64,000 bases of DNA from the human T2T-CHM13v2.0 reference genome, Homo sapiens: assembly GCF_009914755.1 (NCBI RefSeq), contig NC_060925.1. One strand, written 5' to 3'. The notes beneath the pieces were generated by a model, which had not been told where the DNA came from, did no database searches, and worked only from the letters and a program-made list of their open reading frames with translations. Positions 44,080 to 57,941 of this stretch are shown here, in pieces (position 1 is the first letter of the stretch; every line of letters starts with the position of its first letter). The position numbers were made by a program, and so were the translations under genes.

Positions 44080-44530
44080 TCTTCAACTGATTGATTTAAA
44101 AAATTTCAAATCTGTAGATAAGTTGAACACCATGTGCCTTTGCCCAGATTCACCAGTTGCTAATCTTTTTAGTTTTCTTCATGTGTATGTGTTTTATATG
44201 TATATGTGTATTATATGTATATATGTATGTATAAAGATATGTATGTGTGTTATGTGTATATATATAAAGAAACATCTTTTGGTGAGCCATTTGTAAGCAA
44301 GTTGGGACATTATGACCCTTTCCCCCTAAATACTGTAGCATATTTTTTCCTAAAGTAAGGACATTCACTTATGTGACCATAATACCCGTATAATATGTAA
44401 GAAAATTAATAACTCCATAATATCTAATACACAGTATATAGTCAAATTTCTTCAGTTACCCTCATTTGTTTATTTTGGTCCAGGGTCCATTCAAGGTTCA
44501 TTTGGTTGTATTGTCTATTTAGTGTCTAAA
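44080..44530 (-). mobile_element. L1MC-like 3' fragment with internal (TA/TG)n low-complexity tract
   Basis: cccagattcaccagttgctaa, cccctaaatact...aaggacattc motifs. Confidence 0.65.
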
Positions 44531-44763
44531 AAAAATAGACTACTTCCTGACTTTGAATATTGTCCTTGTGCAAGGTCCATACTTACTTTCTCTGAATCAT
44601 CCCAGTTTTAGTGGATGAGCTGCCCAAGTGAGCAGGAAGAGCTTTTTTGAGTAATGTGTTGATGTTGTCACTGAAATTTTATCCCAACCCACGAGTATTT
44701 ATAGTTAACACATTCTTTAAAATATCCTGTTGGAGCAATAACCTCCGCATTACACTCCACTTA

Positions 44764-45148
<385 letters not shown>

Positions 45149-45504
45149 CTACCAAATCTGCTTCATATTTTTTGACAGATCACCAAATACTAAAACCCAA
45201 ACAAATGCCTTATAACACTTGTAAGGACTTTTGAGCAAACATAAGTATTGATGATTTTTTAAAAAGTGAATAAAGAGCAAGTTTTAATTCCAGGATAGTT
45301 TAAAATAGCCAGCTCCCCAGGGAAATGGTATATTACACAGTTTAAGAGCAGGTGCTGACTGGGCACAGTGGCTCATACTTGTAATCCCAGCACGTTGGGA
45401 GGCCAAGATGGGAGGATCACTTGAGGCCGGGAGTTCAAGACTAGCCTAGACAACATATCAAGACCCCATCTCCACAAAAAGTTTTTTTAAAATAAGCTGG
45501 GCAT

Positions 45505-45896
<392 letters not shown>

Positions 45897-46026
45897 CTAG
45901 CTACTCAGGAGGCTGAAGCAGGAGGACCACTTGAGCCCAGGAGTTTCAGGTTGCAGTGAGCTATGATTGTACCACTGCACTCCAGCCTAGGCAACAGAGT
46001 GAGACCCTGTCTCAAAAGCAAGTGCT

Positions 46027-46230
46027 TTAAAGTCAGACTGCCTGTTTTCATATTTGCTATCCACCTCTTACTGGGTACGGCATTGGACAAATCACAGTCT
46101 CATTAAACATGAGATTTCTCACCTGTAAATGAAGATAAGAGCACCTATTTCAAAGGGTTGCTTTGAGGATCAAGAGTGCTAATAACTGTCATATACATGG
46201 CATAGTACACACTAAACATAAGCCATCAGT
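46027..46230 (+). mobile_element. MIR (host of the AluJ; its 5' part begins near 45335)
   Basis: aaagtcagactgcct...atttctcacctgtaaatgaagataagagcacctat. Confidence 0.75.
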
Positions 46231-46619
46231 TTTCAGATGCTCAGGGTTCTGATCCTTGGTTTCTGTACATCTATCAGCAGGGGTCAAGAAAGGAGCTCAT
46301 TATGCTTGGTGTAAGACTTCCATCATCTCCAGCCTCTCTCCATCATCACCACCATTTGAAAGGTCAGTAGGGAGTTTTGAGTCCAGTATACTCTGAGAAA
46401 GACCACCCCTCAGTTTTGTCATCATGAGGGTCAGTAGGGCAAACCAAAGCTCTGCAGAGCTCCTGCAAAGATGTTGCCACCCCTTTCTACTGCCCAGTAT
46501 GAAGTCTTGCCAACTTTGTGCCTCAAAACCATTAAGGTGAATTTCATGTCTTAGATTCTCGTTAATTTTATAACCACAAGAAGCCTCATATGACTTGTAA
46601 CATTCTTTTTTCTGGATCC

Positions 46620-47279
46620 ATATTCCATCCCCAACTCCTAAAACACTTCTGTGCCCTCTGGAACTCTAATCCAGTCATTAGTAAAATTCCCTGGAATCTT
46701 TCATTTCTTTCAGCCTTCGCTTTGCCTCTGTTCTATTTGAAACTACTTCCCTGAATCCTTCTCAGGAGGTCACTTTTTTTTCCTATACCCCTCACACCAA
46801 TGGGCCTGAAGATAGGCTAGTTGTTGTCCTTAATCTTCAATGCCACTATAAGACTACTCTCCACTTTTGCTTAAATTTCTCTTTGAATCTTGTATCAACA
46901 AACTATACCACCTGCTGTCTCTCCTTATTGCAAATGATCCCCTGTTTTCTCTCACCCTTATTCTTGGGGTCACTTATTCCATTGCTGCTTCTGTTATAAT
47001 TCTTGATGATTTCAATATCTATCTTACATTAGTTTTTCTAGTTTCTCAGTTCCTTGCTTTCTCTAATGATCTTGTTCTCCAGACTGTATTGGCCACTTAC
47101 TCCCGTGATGAAATCCTAGTTTTTATCATTACCAAAATCCATAATTCTTTCTTAATACGAATTTTAAGCATCTGGTTCTGACTACCACCTCCTGTTTTAC
47201 TAGCTCATACCCCCTTCCCACCCTAACTCTTAACAATTCTTTCATCCCACCATATCCTACAATCCATTAGTCATACCAC
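46620..47279 (+). mobile_element. L2 body fragment, endonuclease region
   Basis: VIILDDFNI at 46993-47019 resembles the IILGDFN motif of L2/CR1 endonucleases. Confidence 0.7.
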
Positions 47280-47610
47280 TGGGACAGCCAAGTATAAAGG
47301 GGTCCCTAGAGAAACTATGACCAGCCTGTGCACTGAGAGAACAGGTTGGAGCTACAAAAGTTTGTGCCCTTTGCAGTGGAGAGGAGCTTGGCCTCTCCTG
47401 TTCTGGAGTGGAACCTGCCATTGAATCTGTGAGGCAGGAAACTGGCTAGCAGGACTCTTGCTTTGCTGAGAGTTCCTCTTTCCCTTTATTTCCTCTTCAC
47501 CCAATAAATTCCATTTTTCTCAACCTTCAAAGTGTCTGTGAGCCTAATCTCTCATGGTCGTGTGACAAGGACCTTGTTTTTAGCTGAACTAAGGAGAAAG
47601 TCCTACAACA
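47280..47610 (+). mobile_element. 5' LTR of provirus
   Basis: TG...CA, internal AATAAA, followed by PBS. Confidence 0.9.
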
Positions 47611-47614
47611 GCAT

Positions 47615-47632
47615 TGACACCCAACATGGGGC
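47615..47632 (+). other. primer-binding site, tRNA-Lys(CUU)-like
   Basis: TGACACCCAACATGGGGC vs TGGCGCCCAACGTGGGGC, 15/18, all differences G to A. Confidence 0.7.
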
Positions 47633-50600
47633 TTAAGAAAGGGTGACTGAGATGCAAACCAAGAAATCTCTCCCTTTCACTTCTAAGTGTTTTCATCTCT
47701 GGACTTCTGAGGGTAGGGGAAACCAGGCCCTCACCCCCATTACTCCCAGGGTCAGGGGTCTTTCCATGGCCTTTTCCTTCCTTTTTCTGGATGGACAGGT
47801 GAACAGTGGCTCCTCACTCCCCCTCCCTTCCCAGTTGGGGCTGGGGAATGCCACACATTAACAGTGTCTTCATCTTCCCCTGCGAAGGAGTTCAACTCTC
47901 ATCTGACAGCAATTAAGTTTCTCCCTCCGGAAGAGGAACCCAGTTGCATAAGAATAAGAGGTTCTCCCCTAGGCATTTTTAAAGTGTTTTTTTTTTTCCT
48001 TCCTTTTCTCCACCAGGTCAAGAGCTGACTTTTAAGAAAGGTTTTTTTCCTCTTAGAAGACGTTTTTCTAAGCTAAGAATGATAAGGATCACTCTTTATA
48101 TTCTCTGTAAAGTTTTAATTGTGAAAAAGGATTTGTGAGGCTGGTCTTAAGCTGTAGCCAACTGGTGTGCTTTGAGTGTCTGTATGGTTCGTAGAAAACT
48201 TTGCTTCAGGCCTCCATCTTGTTTTACAACTTGGGGGCATGGCCTGTAACCCAGCAGCAAGGCTTTGTTTAGCAATCCTGCCTTGGGGAATTAGTCCTTT
48301 CTGGTTTGATATCTGCATGTTTTTCTAGCCATGTCTCTTAAAGGACTCCACCTGGTGACTGTGTTTTCTTCTGCCTGTGTAGCTATATATGTGTTGTGTG
48401 TGATGTCTAGAAAAGGAGCTCTAATTAATTGGCCTAAAGGAAGACAAGCACTTGAATCAAATATTTTTTAAAGGGAAGGTAAAAGCTGTGATACCTTTCA
48501 GTTCACATGACTTTAATATTTGAGAAATAAAAACAACCTTAAAGATTACTGGTAAAAAGCAGATGTCATCAAAATATAAATAGGTGGACTAAATTACGCA
48601 GGTCAGATGCAAGCTTTGCTAAGTGTTTTGAGGTTATAAACTGCTTTTTGGTGGTAAGGCCTGGGGACATATGGAACTAACCATGCTCTTAATTATGCTG
48701 GAAGGAGTCAAACCTTGGCTGCACCTGGCACAAAATTAAAACAACTTGCCAGGTTTTACATTAAAGTTAAAATTGCTAGAGGTTACCATTATAACATGTA
48801 ATTGAAACTACTGAAAATAGATTCACATGCAAGGTATTTAAGAACAGTAAAATGTGTTTTTAATAAAAGATTACAAAAAGGCATGAAAATGTAAATTCTT
48901 GCCTAGGGTTAAAGAATTATTCTAAATTAGGATAAAGCTGCGGGTTCAAAAAAGTGGTGGAAGGATTGTGGGAATTAATCTTGTGAAAGAGATTCTCTGT
49001 GTGAACATATTGACTAGGTTCAGGGGGGTATATTGTGTAGTTTTTGAATGAAAGCACAACAGAGTATTCTTGGGGCACTGATTTGCCCTTTGGCAAAATT
49101 TGTAAAGGGTTATAAAAGGCTTTTGCTTCTTTAAAATTTCTGAGTCATCATTTTGGCAAAATAAACAATTATGGTCATCTAGAATTCTATTTTATAACAT
49201 CAGGTGTTTTAAACTGCTAACATATTTAACAGGCTTCTTAAAATCAAACTTTAGTTTCAAAATTTTCTTTCCTGACACCTGGCTTTTTGGATATATCAGA
49301 GGGCCTCTGGAGTGTTCAGAAAAGAGAGGTAAACAGGATTATTTTACATGTTTAGGTACATGGGATCGACAAAATGATGTTCAATCTTCTTTAGGTATAT
49401 TTTGGTGAATAATACTAATATATGTTCCAAAACCATATGGGATTCCTAAAATTCTAATGTCTAAGTATATGCTATCAATCATAATTAAGGTTATGTTAAG
49501 TTATTGTAAACCGTGGAGATAACCAAACTTCTTTGTCAATCATGTTTCTAACTGTAACTACCCTGGACATTTTGTTATTCGTAGACAATTGTTGTCTTGT
49601 TCTAATCTTTTTCAAAAGACAGTTTATAAAAAGCTATAGAACTATAGGTAGGTGACCTCAAACACAGGTTTTTGATAACTTTGGAGACTGTGACATTGGA
49701 ATAAATGAAAAATGTACAGGACTCATGAAGAGCTAAAATGTTCATGAATATCAAACAAATCAATAACTAAATGGACTGAACTCAGGAAACTGAAGCAAAT
49801 CTTTTTTACTTTGGCTTGAAATGTTGCTGAACTTTGTTTTGTTTTTCAGAGTTGAGGAAACTTACTTTGAACTATTTATGGCCATTAATAATTGAGTAAG
49901 GTATACTCCTGTGAACAAAATTTGGAGCATGTTTGTTTCTCTCTTCCTGGTTCTTCTAGAATTTGGAAACCATCTGTGAGTATTCTTAATTCATAGCAAT
50001 ATAGTTGTTTGGATCAGTGCAATAAGAATCCATTTTTCTTTTGCAACGGGATGCAATTGGAGAAACTGGTTGTTTTACCAAGGCTTTGACTGGAAGTGTA
50101 TGCTTCACTTTAAGGAATCAAGCCTGACTTGCAGAGCTGATAACAGCCCCTTGGGGAAAAAACTGGCCTCATACCATCATCTACATAGTCTCTCTACAGG
50201 GCTCCTGACCTGTGGTCAATAAAGAATGTCACTTTCTAACAGGCCTAGGAGCTCCAAGTTAATCTTGGGACCTTAAGAGGAGAGGATCACCCAACTAACA
50301 GGTGTTTGAGGATACAAACCCCTGGCTGGGCTTGAATTTAAAAGGTCTTATCTGAGATTCCTTACAGAATAGAGTTCCATCAAAGCCAATCCAAAAGGCC
50401 TGTGTAGAAATAATTATTCTTGTTGCACTTTATGCAAGTAATCAGGCCAAGTATAAGATTAAAATCTATTGCAAACAACTCAGTCCTATCATGATTTTTT
50501 TTAACAAAAATGAGGACCGGAGAGAAATTATGTTTCAAAACTCATACATTTGTCATTAAATTATAAGCTCATTAGTTGTTTTTAGGTTTTTGCCTACATT

Positions 50601-51419
50601 TTAGACACCCTGCTTGTTGCTGTGAACCAACCAGCAATCTCCTGCTGCAGCTCAGAAAGAACAAAAGGGATGGGTAATGTAGAAGTCTGGATCAATATTC
50701 TAGTTCTGAGCAATTATCCTGCAAATCCTGCCAGGTGTTGGGAATAAATAGGACATCCATCACTCAGAGGATTCCTTTTGGGAAAGTAAGACTAAGGGAG
50801 CTAACCAAAGCCAAGCACCATGCACCCAAATCTTAGCAAGCATAACTAGCTACCAGTCATCTGAATGTATCACAAGACATCCTTTTCTCTCCCTTGTTGG
50901 AGGAGGGCTCAGTTCCACAGTTTCACCTTAGCATTCGGCTTATTGATAAGGAGTCCATGCACCATCCCACAACCCCACCAAGACACAGTTTTGTCCCAAA
51001 GAATTTTGTCAATTCTAAGCTTTGGATCCCTAGGAAAGAAAACTGGATCTAAGGGATCCAGAGGCAGATGATAATGGAAGTTAAAAGGCAGAGCACAAGT
51101 GAGCATGGTTGATTCCTGCTGATTAAGACAAGCCTCCTGTTTCATGGATAAAGGTCATGCTAGTATCACTGGCAAAAATGAGGTCTAGGGAATGCCAAGG
51201 CTACTGACAGCAGGGGGAAAGAGACATAGGTGAGAGCAGATAATTTCTATTCTCTAGGCCCTCCCTGCTTCATGGGTACAAGCCGTTTGGCACTCATCAT
51301 GGCACCTGCCAAGGTCGCTGGGACTTGGGGCTGCAAGGACAGAGAAAGAAAGAGGATGTTCTTCCTACTGTCCCTCACGTACCTTGGGTATCTGCTTGGA
51401 AGAGAAAGGAACCAGGGAT

Positions 51420-52522
51420 TATCGGGGGAACAAGCCCCCAGTATTTCAACATAGGTTATTTTCTATTTTCCCTAAGAGTCGGCTGGTCTGAGAAATAAAG
51501 AGAAAGAGAGAAATTTTACAGCTGGGCCTCCGGGGGTGCCACCACATATTGGTAGGACTGTGGTGGCAACCTCAAGCCACAAAACCAGCAAGTTTTTATT
51601 AGGGATTTCAAAAGGGGAGGGGTGTACGAATAGGGAGTGGGTCACAGAGATCACATGCTTCAAAGGGCAATAAAAGATCACAAGGCAAAAGAGCAGAGCA
51701 AGATCACAAAGCAAGGGCGAAATTAGAATTACTGATGAGGGTCCATGTCCCGCTGGGCACGTATTGTCTTGATAAACATCTTAACAGGAAACAGGGTTTG
51801 AGAGCAGACAACCTGTCTGACTAGAATTCACCAGGCTGAAATTTCCCAATCCTAGTAAGCCTGAGGGCACTGCAGGAGACCAGGGCATATTTCATCCCTT
51901 ATCTCAACCACATAAGACAGACATTCCCAGAGCGGTCGTTTATAGACCTACCCCTGGGAATGCATTCCTTCCCCCAGGGTTATCAATTATTAATATTCCT
52001 TGCTGGGAAAAGAATTTAGCGATATTTCTCCTACTCACACGTCCGTCTATAGGCTCTGTGTGAGAAGAAAAATATGGCTCTATTCTGCCCGACCCTGCAG
52101 GCAGTCAGATCTTATGGTTATTTTTCCTTGTTCCCTGAAAAATCGCTGTTATTCTGTTCTTTTTCAGGGTGCACTGATTTCATATTGCTCAAACACACAT
52201 GTTTTACAAACAATTTGTACAGTTAACTCAATCGTCACAGGGTCCTGAGGTGACATACATCCTCAGTTTACGAAGATGATGGGATTAAGAGATTAAAGTA
52301 AAGACGGCATAAAAAATTATAAGAGTATTGTTTGGGGAAGTGATAAATGTCCATGAAATCTTCACAATTTATGTTCAGAGACTGCAGTAAACACAGGCAT
52401 AAGAAATTATAAAAGTATTAATTTTGGGAACTGATAAATGTCCATGAAATCTTCACAATTTATGTTCTTCTGCCACAGCTTCAACCGGTCCCTCTGTTCG
52501 GGGTCCCTGACTTCCCGCAACA
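51420..52522 (-). mobile_element. MER11 solo LTR (HERV-K11 / HML-8)
   Basis: minus strand begins TGTTGCGGGAAGTCAGGGACCCC and ends ...CCCCCGATA; 1103 bp; perfect 6-bp TSD AGGGAT at 51414-51419 and 52523-52528. Confidence 0.95.
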
Positions 52523-53102
52523 AGGGATGCCTGCTCCTCTCTTTCTAGATGGGTAGCCGTTCATCTTCACTCTGTACCCCTTTCAAATGCATCCTGAATC
52601 TCCTTTGAAAAAAAACACCTTCTTCTTCTTTTTTCCTCCTCTGTCCTCTCTTCACTGATAGGTAATTGTGTCTCCATACTATGGGACACTCCCCTTGGAT
52701 GCATCCTCTGAACTGGGAAAAGTTAATTTCCCAAACCTTAAACTGGTTGGCTTAGGATTGGACTCAGGGGAAGGGAACCCAGGAGCCCAACATGTTGGCA
52801 AAATGGTAAAAGGCCTCGGGATTTTTGAGCTGTCCTTACCCCCTGCTTTTCTCATTTTAATACATGTTTTCTAATGACCTGGTTTGTCTCTTCTTGCCTT
52901 CAGGTCATCAAACTCCAAACAGTCATGCAACTGGAGTCTTGGATGATGGCCCCTTCTGCTGAGAACCCTTAGGTCTCTGAGGGAGCGCTGACTGTCATTT
53001 TCCTCAAAACAGTGCCCCCTGTCAGCAGGAAGCAGTTAGGATTGGTCTTTGTCCTTATCCTTATTCTAAAGACACTTGGATATACTTCTTTAGAGGGAGG
53101 AA

Positions 53103-53432
53103 TGAAACAGCCGAGTATAAAGGGGTCCCCAGAGAAACTCCAACCAGCCTGTGCACTGGGAGAATGAGGTGGAGCCACAGAAGTTCACACCCTTTGCAGT
53201 AGGGAGGAGCCTGGCTTCTCCTGTTCTGAGGTGGAACATGGGGATGAATCTGTGAGGTGGGAAACTGGGTAGCAGGACTCTTGCTTTGCTGAGAGTCCCT
53301 GTTTCCCTTTTTTTTCCTTTTCACCCAATAAATTCCATTTTTCTCACCCTTCAATGTGTCTGCGAGCCTAATCTCTCATGGTCATGTGACAAGGACCCCA
53401 TTTTTAGCTGAACTAAGGGAACTCCTACAACA
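53103..53432 (+). mobile_element. 3' LTR of provirus
   Basis: preceded by PPT, homologous to 47280-47610, followed by TSD. Confidence 0.9.
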
Positions 53433-53436
53433 CCAC

Positions 53437-53957
53437 TTTTGCACCCTCCCTCATTCCCTTGAAGTCCTTACTCTTCTTACCCAGCTTGAATTCCATGGTC
53501 AGTCCTTAAAACTGCTCTTTTTCATATATTTTCAACTACCTTGCCATCTCTTGTCTTGATATATTGCTGAGAAAAGCAAAACCTTGGTTAAATCCCGCTT
53601 TCTGCTACTGCACCCTCTGTTCACAAAGCTAAAGTTGACCAGGGAGAATCGCCATGACTCTTCTCACATCAATTCATGACGATTATCTCAAGTAGGCCCT
53701 TACTGCAGCTGGCAATTTTACTACATTTTTCTAGTGCATTTATTGATTCTCCTGAACTATTTCAAACTTTCTCCTCAAAACACACACATTTCCCTGTTCC
53801 TACTGTCAGCTGATGACCTTCCTATTTCACTGAGAAAATGCAGAAGTAATTAAAGATCTTCTCACAAGCTCCCACCTACCAACTTCTGTTCATATTATCT
53901 GTCTTTGCTCATGTAGCTGTCTCCTGGACGCCAATGCTCTACTGGTGAACTAGATTG
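53437..53957 (+). mobile_element. L2 body fragment (continuation)
   Basis: aaccttggttaaatcc, tcagctgatgaccttcctatttcactgagaaaat L2-like; lies between the two LTR insertions. Confidence 0.65.
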
Positions 53958-54734
53958 TGTCAACAAAAAAGAGTCCAACTATGTAAAATATTTGAAGAGA
54001 TTTATTCTGAGCCAAATATGACTTACCTTGGCTGGTGACACAGCCCTCAGGAGGTCCTGAGAACATGTGCCCAAGGTGATTAGGGCACAGTCCGATTTTA
54101 TATAATTTGGGGAGACATCAATCAAATACATCCAAGATGTACATTAGTTTGGTTCAGAAAGGAGGGACTACTCAAAGCAGGAGCTTCCAGGCCACAGGTA
54201 AATTTTAAAATTTTCTGGTTGACAATTGGTTGAGTTTGTCTAAGGACCTGAGATCAATAGAAAGGAAATGTTTGGGCTAAGATAAAGAATTGTGGAGACC
54301 AAAGTTTTATTGTGCAGAGGAAGATTTTAGTTAGCGGGCTTCAGAGAGAATAGGTTGTAAAATGTTTTCTTATTGAACCTAAAAGGTGCCTGACTTTTAG
54401 TTAATTATCTCCTGGATATGGAAAAAAAGACTTTTTTAAAAAAAAAAAGCAAAAAGAGATTTTCTACAGAATGTAGATTTTTCCCACAAGAGACAACTTT
54501 GCAGGGCAATTTCAAGACATGACAAGAAAATATAATTGGGGTTAAAACATTTTGATTTCTTTCCTTATTTGTTATGTGATGTAATGCCAGAGCCAGGTTG
54601 GAAAGCAGGCCACCTAATACTGGGTTAAATAAAACCCCTCTGATGAGACTTTATGGCTTGCAGGGTGTGACTCCCCAGGTCCCTTAGGTAGGAATTTGGC
54701 AAGATACGAAAAACATGTCAGAGTTTAGTCCTCA
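53958..54734 (-). mobile_element. MER4E-like solo LTR
   Basis: minus strand begins TGAGGACTAAACTCTGA and ends ...GTTGACA; gagatttattctgagccaaatatga motif; 777 bp; flanks ATTG / ATTT. Confidence 0.85.
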
Positions 54735-55290
54735 ATTTCATTCTTCATTTAACCTGTCTGAGGACATTGCCTCATTTTGTTCTCTCCTGCACCATCTTTT
54801 TTCCCTTCAAATAGGTCTCTCCAATCAGCCTACTAATATGCTGTTACTTCCGCCCATTATGAACCCTTTGATCCCACTTTTTCCGCCAGCTACTGCCTAT
54901 TTCTCTGCTCCATTTTATAGCAAAACTCCTCAAAAGAGATGGCTGCCCTCACCATTGATTTCTTAACATTTTTTCTTGAACTCACCCCAGTCAGGCCATC
55001 AATCTCACCACTACTGAAACTGCCCTTGTCAAGAGCATCAATGACCTCGTTACTAAAACCAGTGAAGAGTTCTCAGTTCTCATCTTACTTGACCCATCAG
55101 CAGCATTTAACTTAGCTGATCATTCCCTTGCTGCAACACTTTCTTTACCTGGCTTCCAGGGCACTGCAGTTTCCCTTATACAACAATGGTGACTCCTTTT
55201 TGGTCCCTTGTTCTCATCTCTTGTCATATTGGACTGCCTCAAGGTTCAATTCCAGAACCTCTACTCTCTATTCACCCACTTCCTATGCTC
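54735..55290 (+). mobile_element. L2 body fragment, reverse-transcriptase region
   Basis: 55013-55126 reads TETALVKSINDL...FSVLILLDPSAAFNLADHS, like the L2/CR1 RT motif LLDLSAAFDTVDH. Confidence 0.8.
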
Positions 55291-55399
55291 ATCATTCCTA
55301 TTTTTATGTCTCAGGTTTCAGGATTTCCTTTTCTGTTCCATTGATCTTTCTATCTTTTTCTTAACCAATGCTGTTTTAATTATTGCATTTAATTACCTG

Positions 55400-56205
55400 T
55401 TTATATGAATATACATATGTATACACCTATAGTTATTACATATATTAAATACATAGTAATACATATATATCTGCCATTCTTAGTTATATATAACTATACA
55501 TCTATTTAATGATATACAATTCTATAATATATAATTATTATTATTCTATAATATATTATTATTTTATAATATATAATTATAATTTTAATATCAATGTAAA
55601 CTATATTAATATAATATACTTAATTATACATTTAATTTAATTATATACTGCTATATATAATTAAATCTATATATCTATATAACTTATAATTTATTTTAAT
55701 TTAATTATATATACTATATAGTTATATATACATATATGTAATTATATATAGTATAATTATAGTATATATGTATATATAATGTAAGTAAATATATAGTATA
55801 TATTTATATATACTATATATTTATACATATGTCTTTATATATACTAATATATATACACATATGTAATATGTACATATGGCATATATTTTATAGTGTATAT
55901 ATACATATATGTAATATATATAGTAATATGTAAATATATAGTACATATTTAATTATATGGTAATATATACACATATATGTAATATGTGTATTATAGTACA
56001 TATTTTATAGTATATATACATATATGTAATATGCATATGTAGTATACATTGTAATATGTAAATATACATAGTATATAATTACCATATATTAGGTTGGGGC
56101 AAACTTAATTGTGGTTTTTGCAATTAAAAGTAATACTCTATAAAATTAATTACTATATATTTAATAATATATAATAATCTATATATAATATACATATATG
56201 TATAC
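55400..56205. repeat. AT-rich low-complexity / (TA)n-derived block
   Basis: about 800 bp almost entirely A/T with TATATAC and TATGTAA motifs. Confidence 0.92.
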
Positions 56206-56239
56206 ATTGAAAGTAATGGCAAAAACTGCAGCTACTTTT
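56089..56239. mobile_element. MADE1 (Hsmar1 MITE), interrupted and truncated
   Basis: left TIR ttaggttggggcaaacttaattgtggtttttgc; right part aatggcaaaaactgcagctactttt after about 70 bp of AT-rich insert. Confidence 0.75.
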
Positions 56240-56331
56240 AATAATTCTGCCCTTGCTTCTAGAGAAAAAATTAGGTGGACCTCATTATTGCTCTGGCCAC
56301 TCACTGTAAATTATGAAGCAGTCTCAAATTA

Positions 56332-56640
<309 letters not shown>

Positions 56641-57329
56641 GAATATGCAGTCCGAGATAAAACCTAAACTTTCCATTTCATGATTTAGGGATACTCTGCT
56701 GTTCCCAGGTTAAGACCTGAGGCAGATTCGACACCTGGGTGAGTATGGCTGACATCTTCTTGCTTCTTTATCCACTCTTTCTCCTCTCACTTGCTAACTG
56801 AAGTTTCAGATACCTCCAGGACTGGAGTAGAAGAAAAGAGAAGTAAAGAGAGCAAGAGAATTCCAATTTGACTTGTGCTGTCATAAGATGGCTTCAGGCT
56901 CTCTGGAGGCTCATGTCTTTCTGTCTAGCAGACATTTAAAAATGAATTTTTCCTTCATGGATACTCTTGAGGGTTTCCTCATGAAATCTCTTACTCAGGT
57001 TTTCTCACCTATGTTCCCTTGATATGGATGAAATACTAGTCTCTGGCTTATCAGATATTCTTACCCAGCTCCAAGGATCCAGCAATACCTCTAGTTTCTT
57101 TCTGCTGAGTCCTTATTGCTCTTTCATGCACCCAATCCAATCTCTGCCAAATGGCTCTCATGTGCCATTTATATTTTGTCTCCATAAAACATGCATTCTT
57201 GGCCCACTAACTCTAGGAATGCTGTCCAATTCCAGCATGATAGCAAACTCTTTGTCTACACCATCAGAGTAATAAGCAAGCCTCTCTCTCAACTTTTACA
57301 TTTTCTAGGTGGGATTCAGATACCAGTGC

Positions 57330-57848
57330 CCTGTGTTGCTTTTTCTCCCAACGTCAGGGGGCACATATTCCTGGGGGAAGTGATCTTATTCCTACATCGG
57401 GGTAAATCTTGGTCGATTTATGTCAATCACTGTAAATCTATTCTCCTTACAAGTGATTGTCTTAGGCATGGATATGTGGTACAATTCTAGCCAATGATAA
57501 GTAGAGAATTCTGCGGAGAAGCATGTTTTTGAGAAAGGTTTCTTCACTCTTATAAAGCAAGCTGTAGTAAAAGATGGACTTTTTCCCCCTTCTGGACAAT
57601 TTCTTGTCTGGATGATATGTGTAAATCTCTCACATATGACAGAAGCCTGTCTGAGGAAAGTTGACATGGTGAAGACTGCAGAGTGGGAAAAGAAGTGCCT
57701 TATGACATTACTGAGTCACTGAATCAAGCCATCCTGAAGCCACTCCACCTTAAGACTCCTTGTTAAATGGAAGAATAGATCTTTATTATGTTTAAGCCAT
57801 CCTCAGTTGGGTTTTGTGTTTCTTGCAGCCAAAACCTCCCATCTGACA
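57330..57848 (+). mobile_element. MLT1 (MaLR) LTR, old subfamily
   Basis: caattctagccaatga and terminal tgtttaagcca...ttgggttttgtgtttcttgcagccaaa motifs; 5' boundary approximate. Confidence 0.75.
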
Positions 57849-57908
57849 GAAGTAGTACTGTGTGCTGAGACAATGCTAAAGCACTGTATGTGTGTTCTCC
57901 TATTTAAC

Positions 57909-57909
<1 letters not shown>

Positions 57910-57941
<32 letters not shown>

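Larger units (their letters stand above)
47280..53432 (+). mobile_element. two-LTR ERV1-class provirus, non-coding MER4-group-like internal region (LTRs tentatively MER66A-like)
   Basis: 5' LTR 47280-47610 and 3' LTR 53103-53432 (TG...CA, clearly homologous); 4-bp TSD CCAC at 47276-47279 and 53433-53436; PBS 47615-47632; PPT agagggaggaa 53092-53102. Confidence 0.9.
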
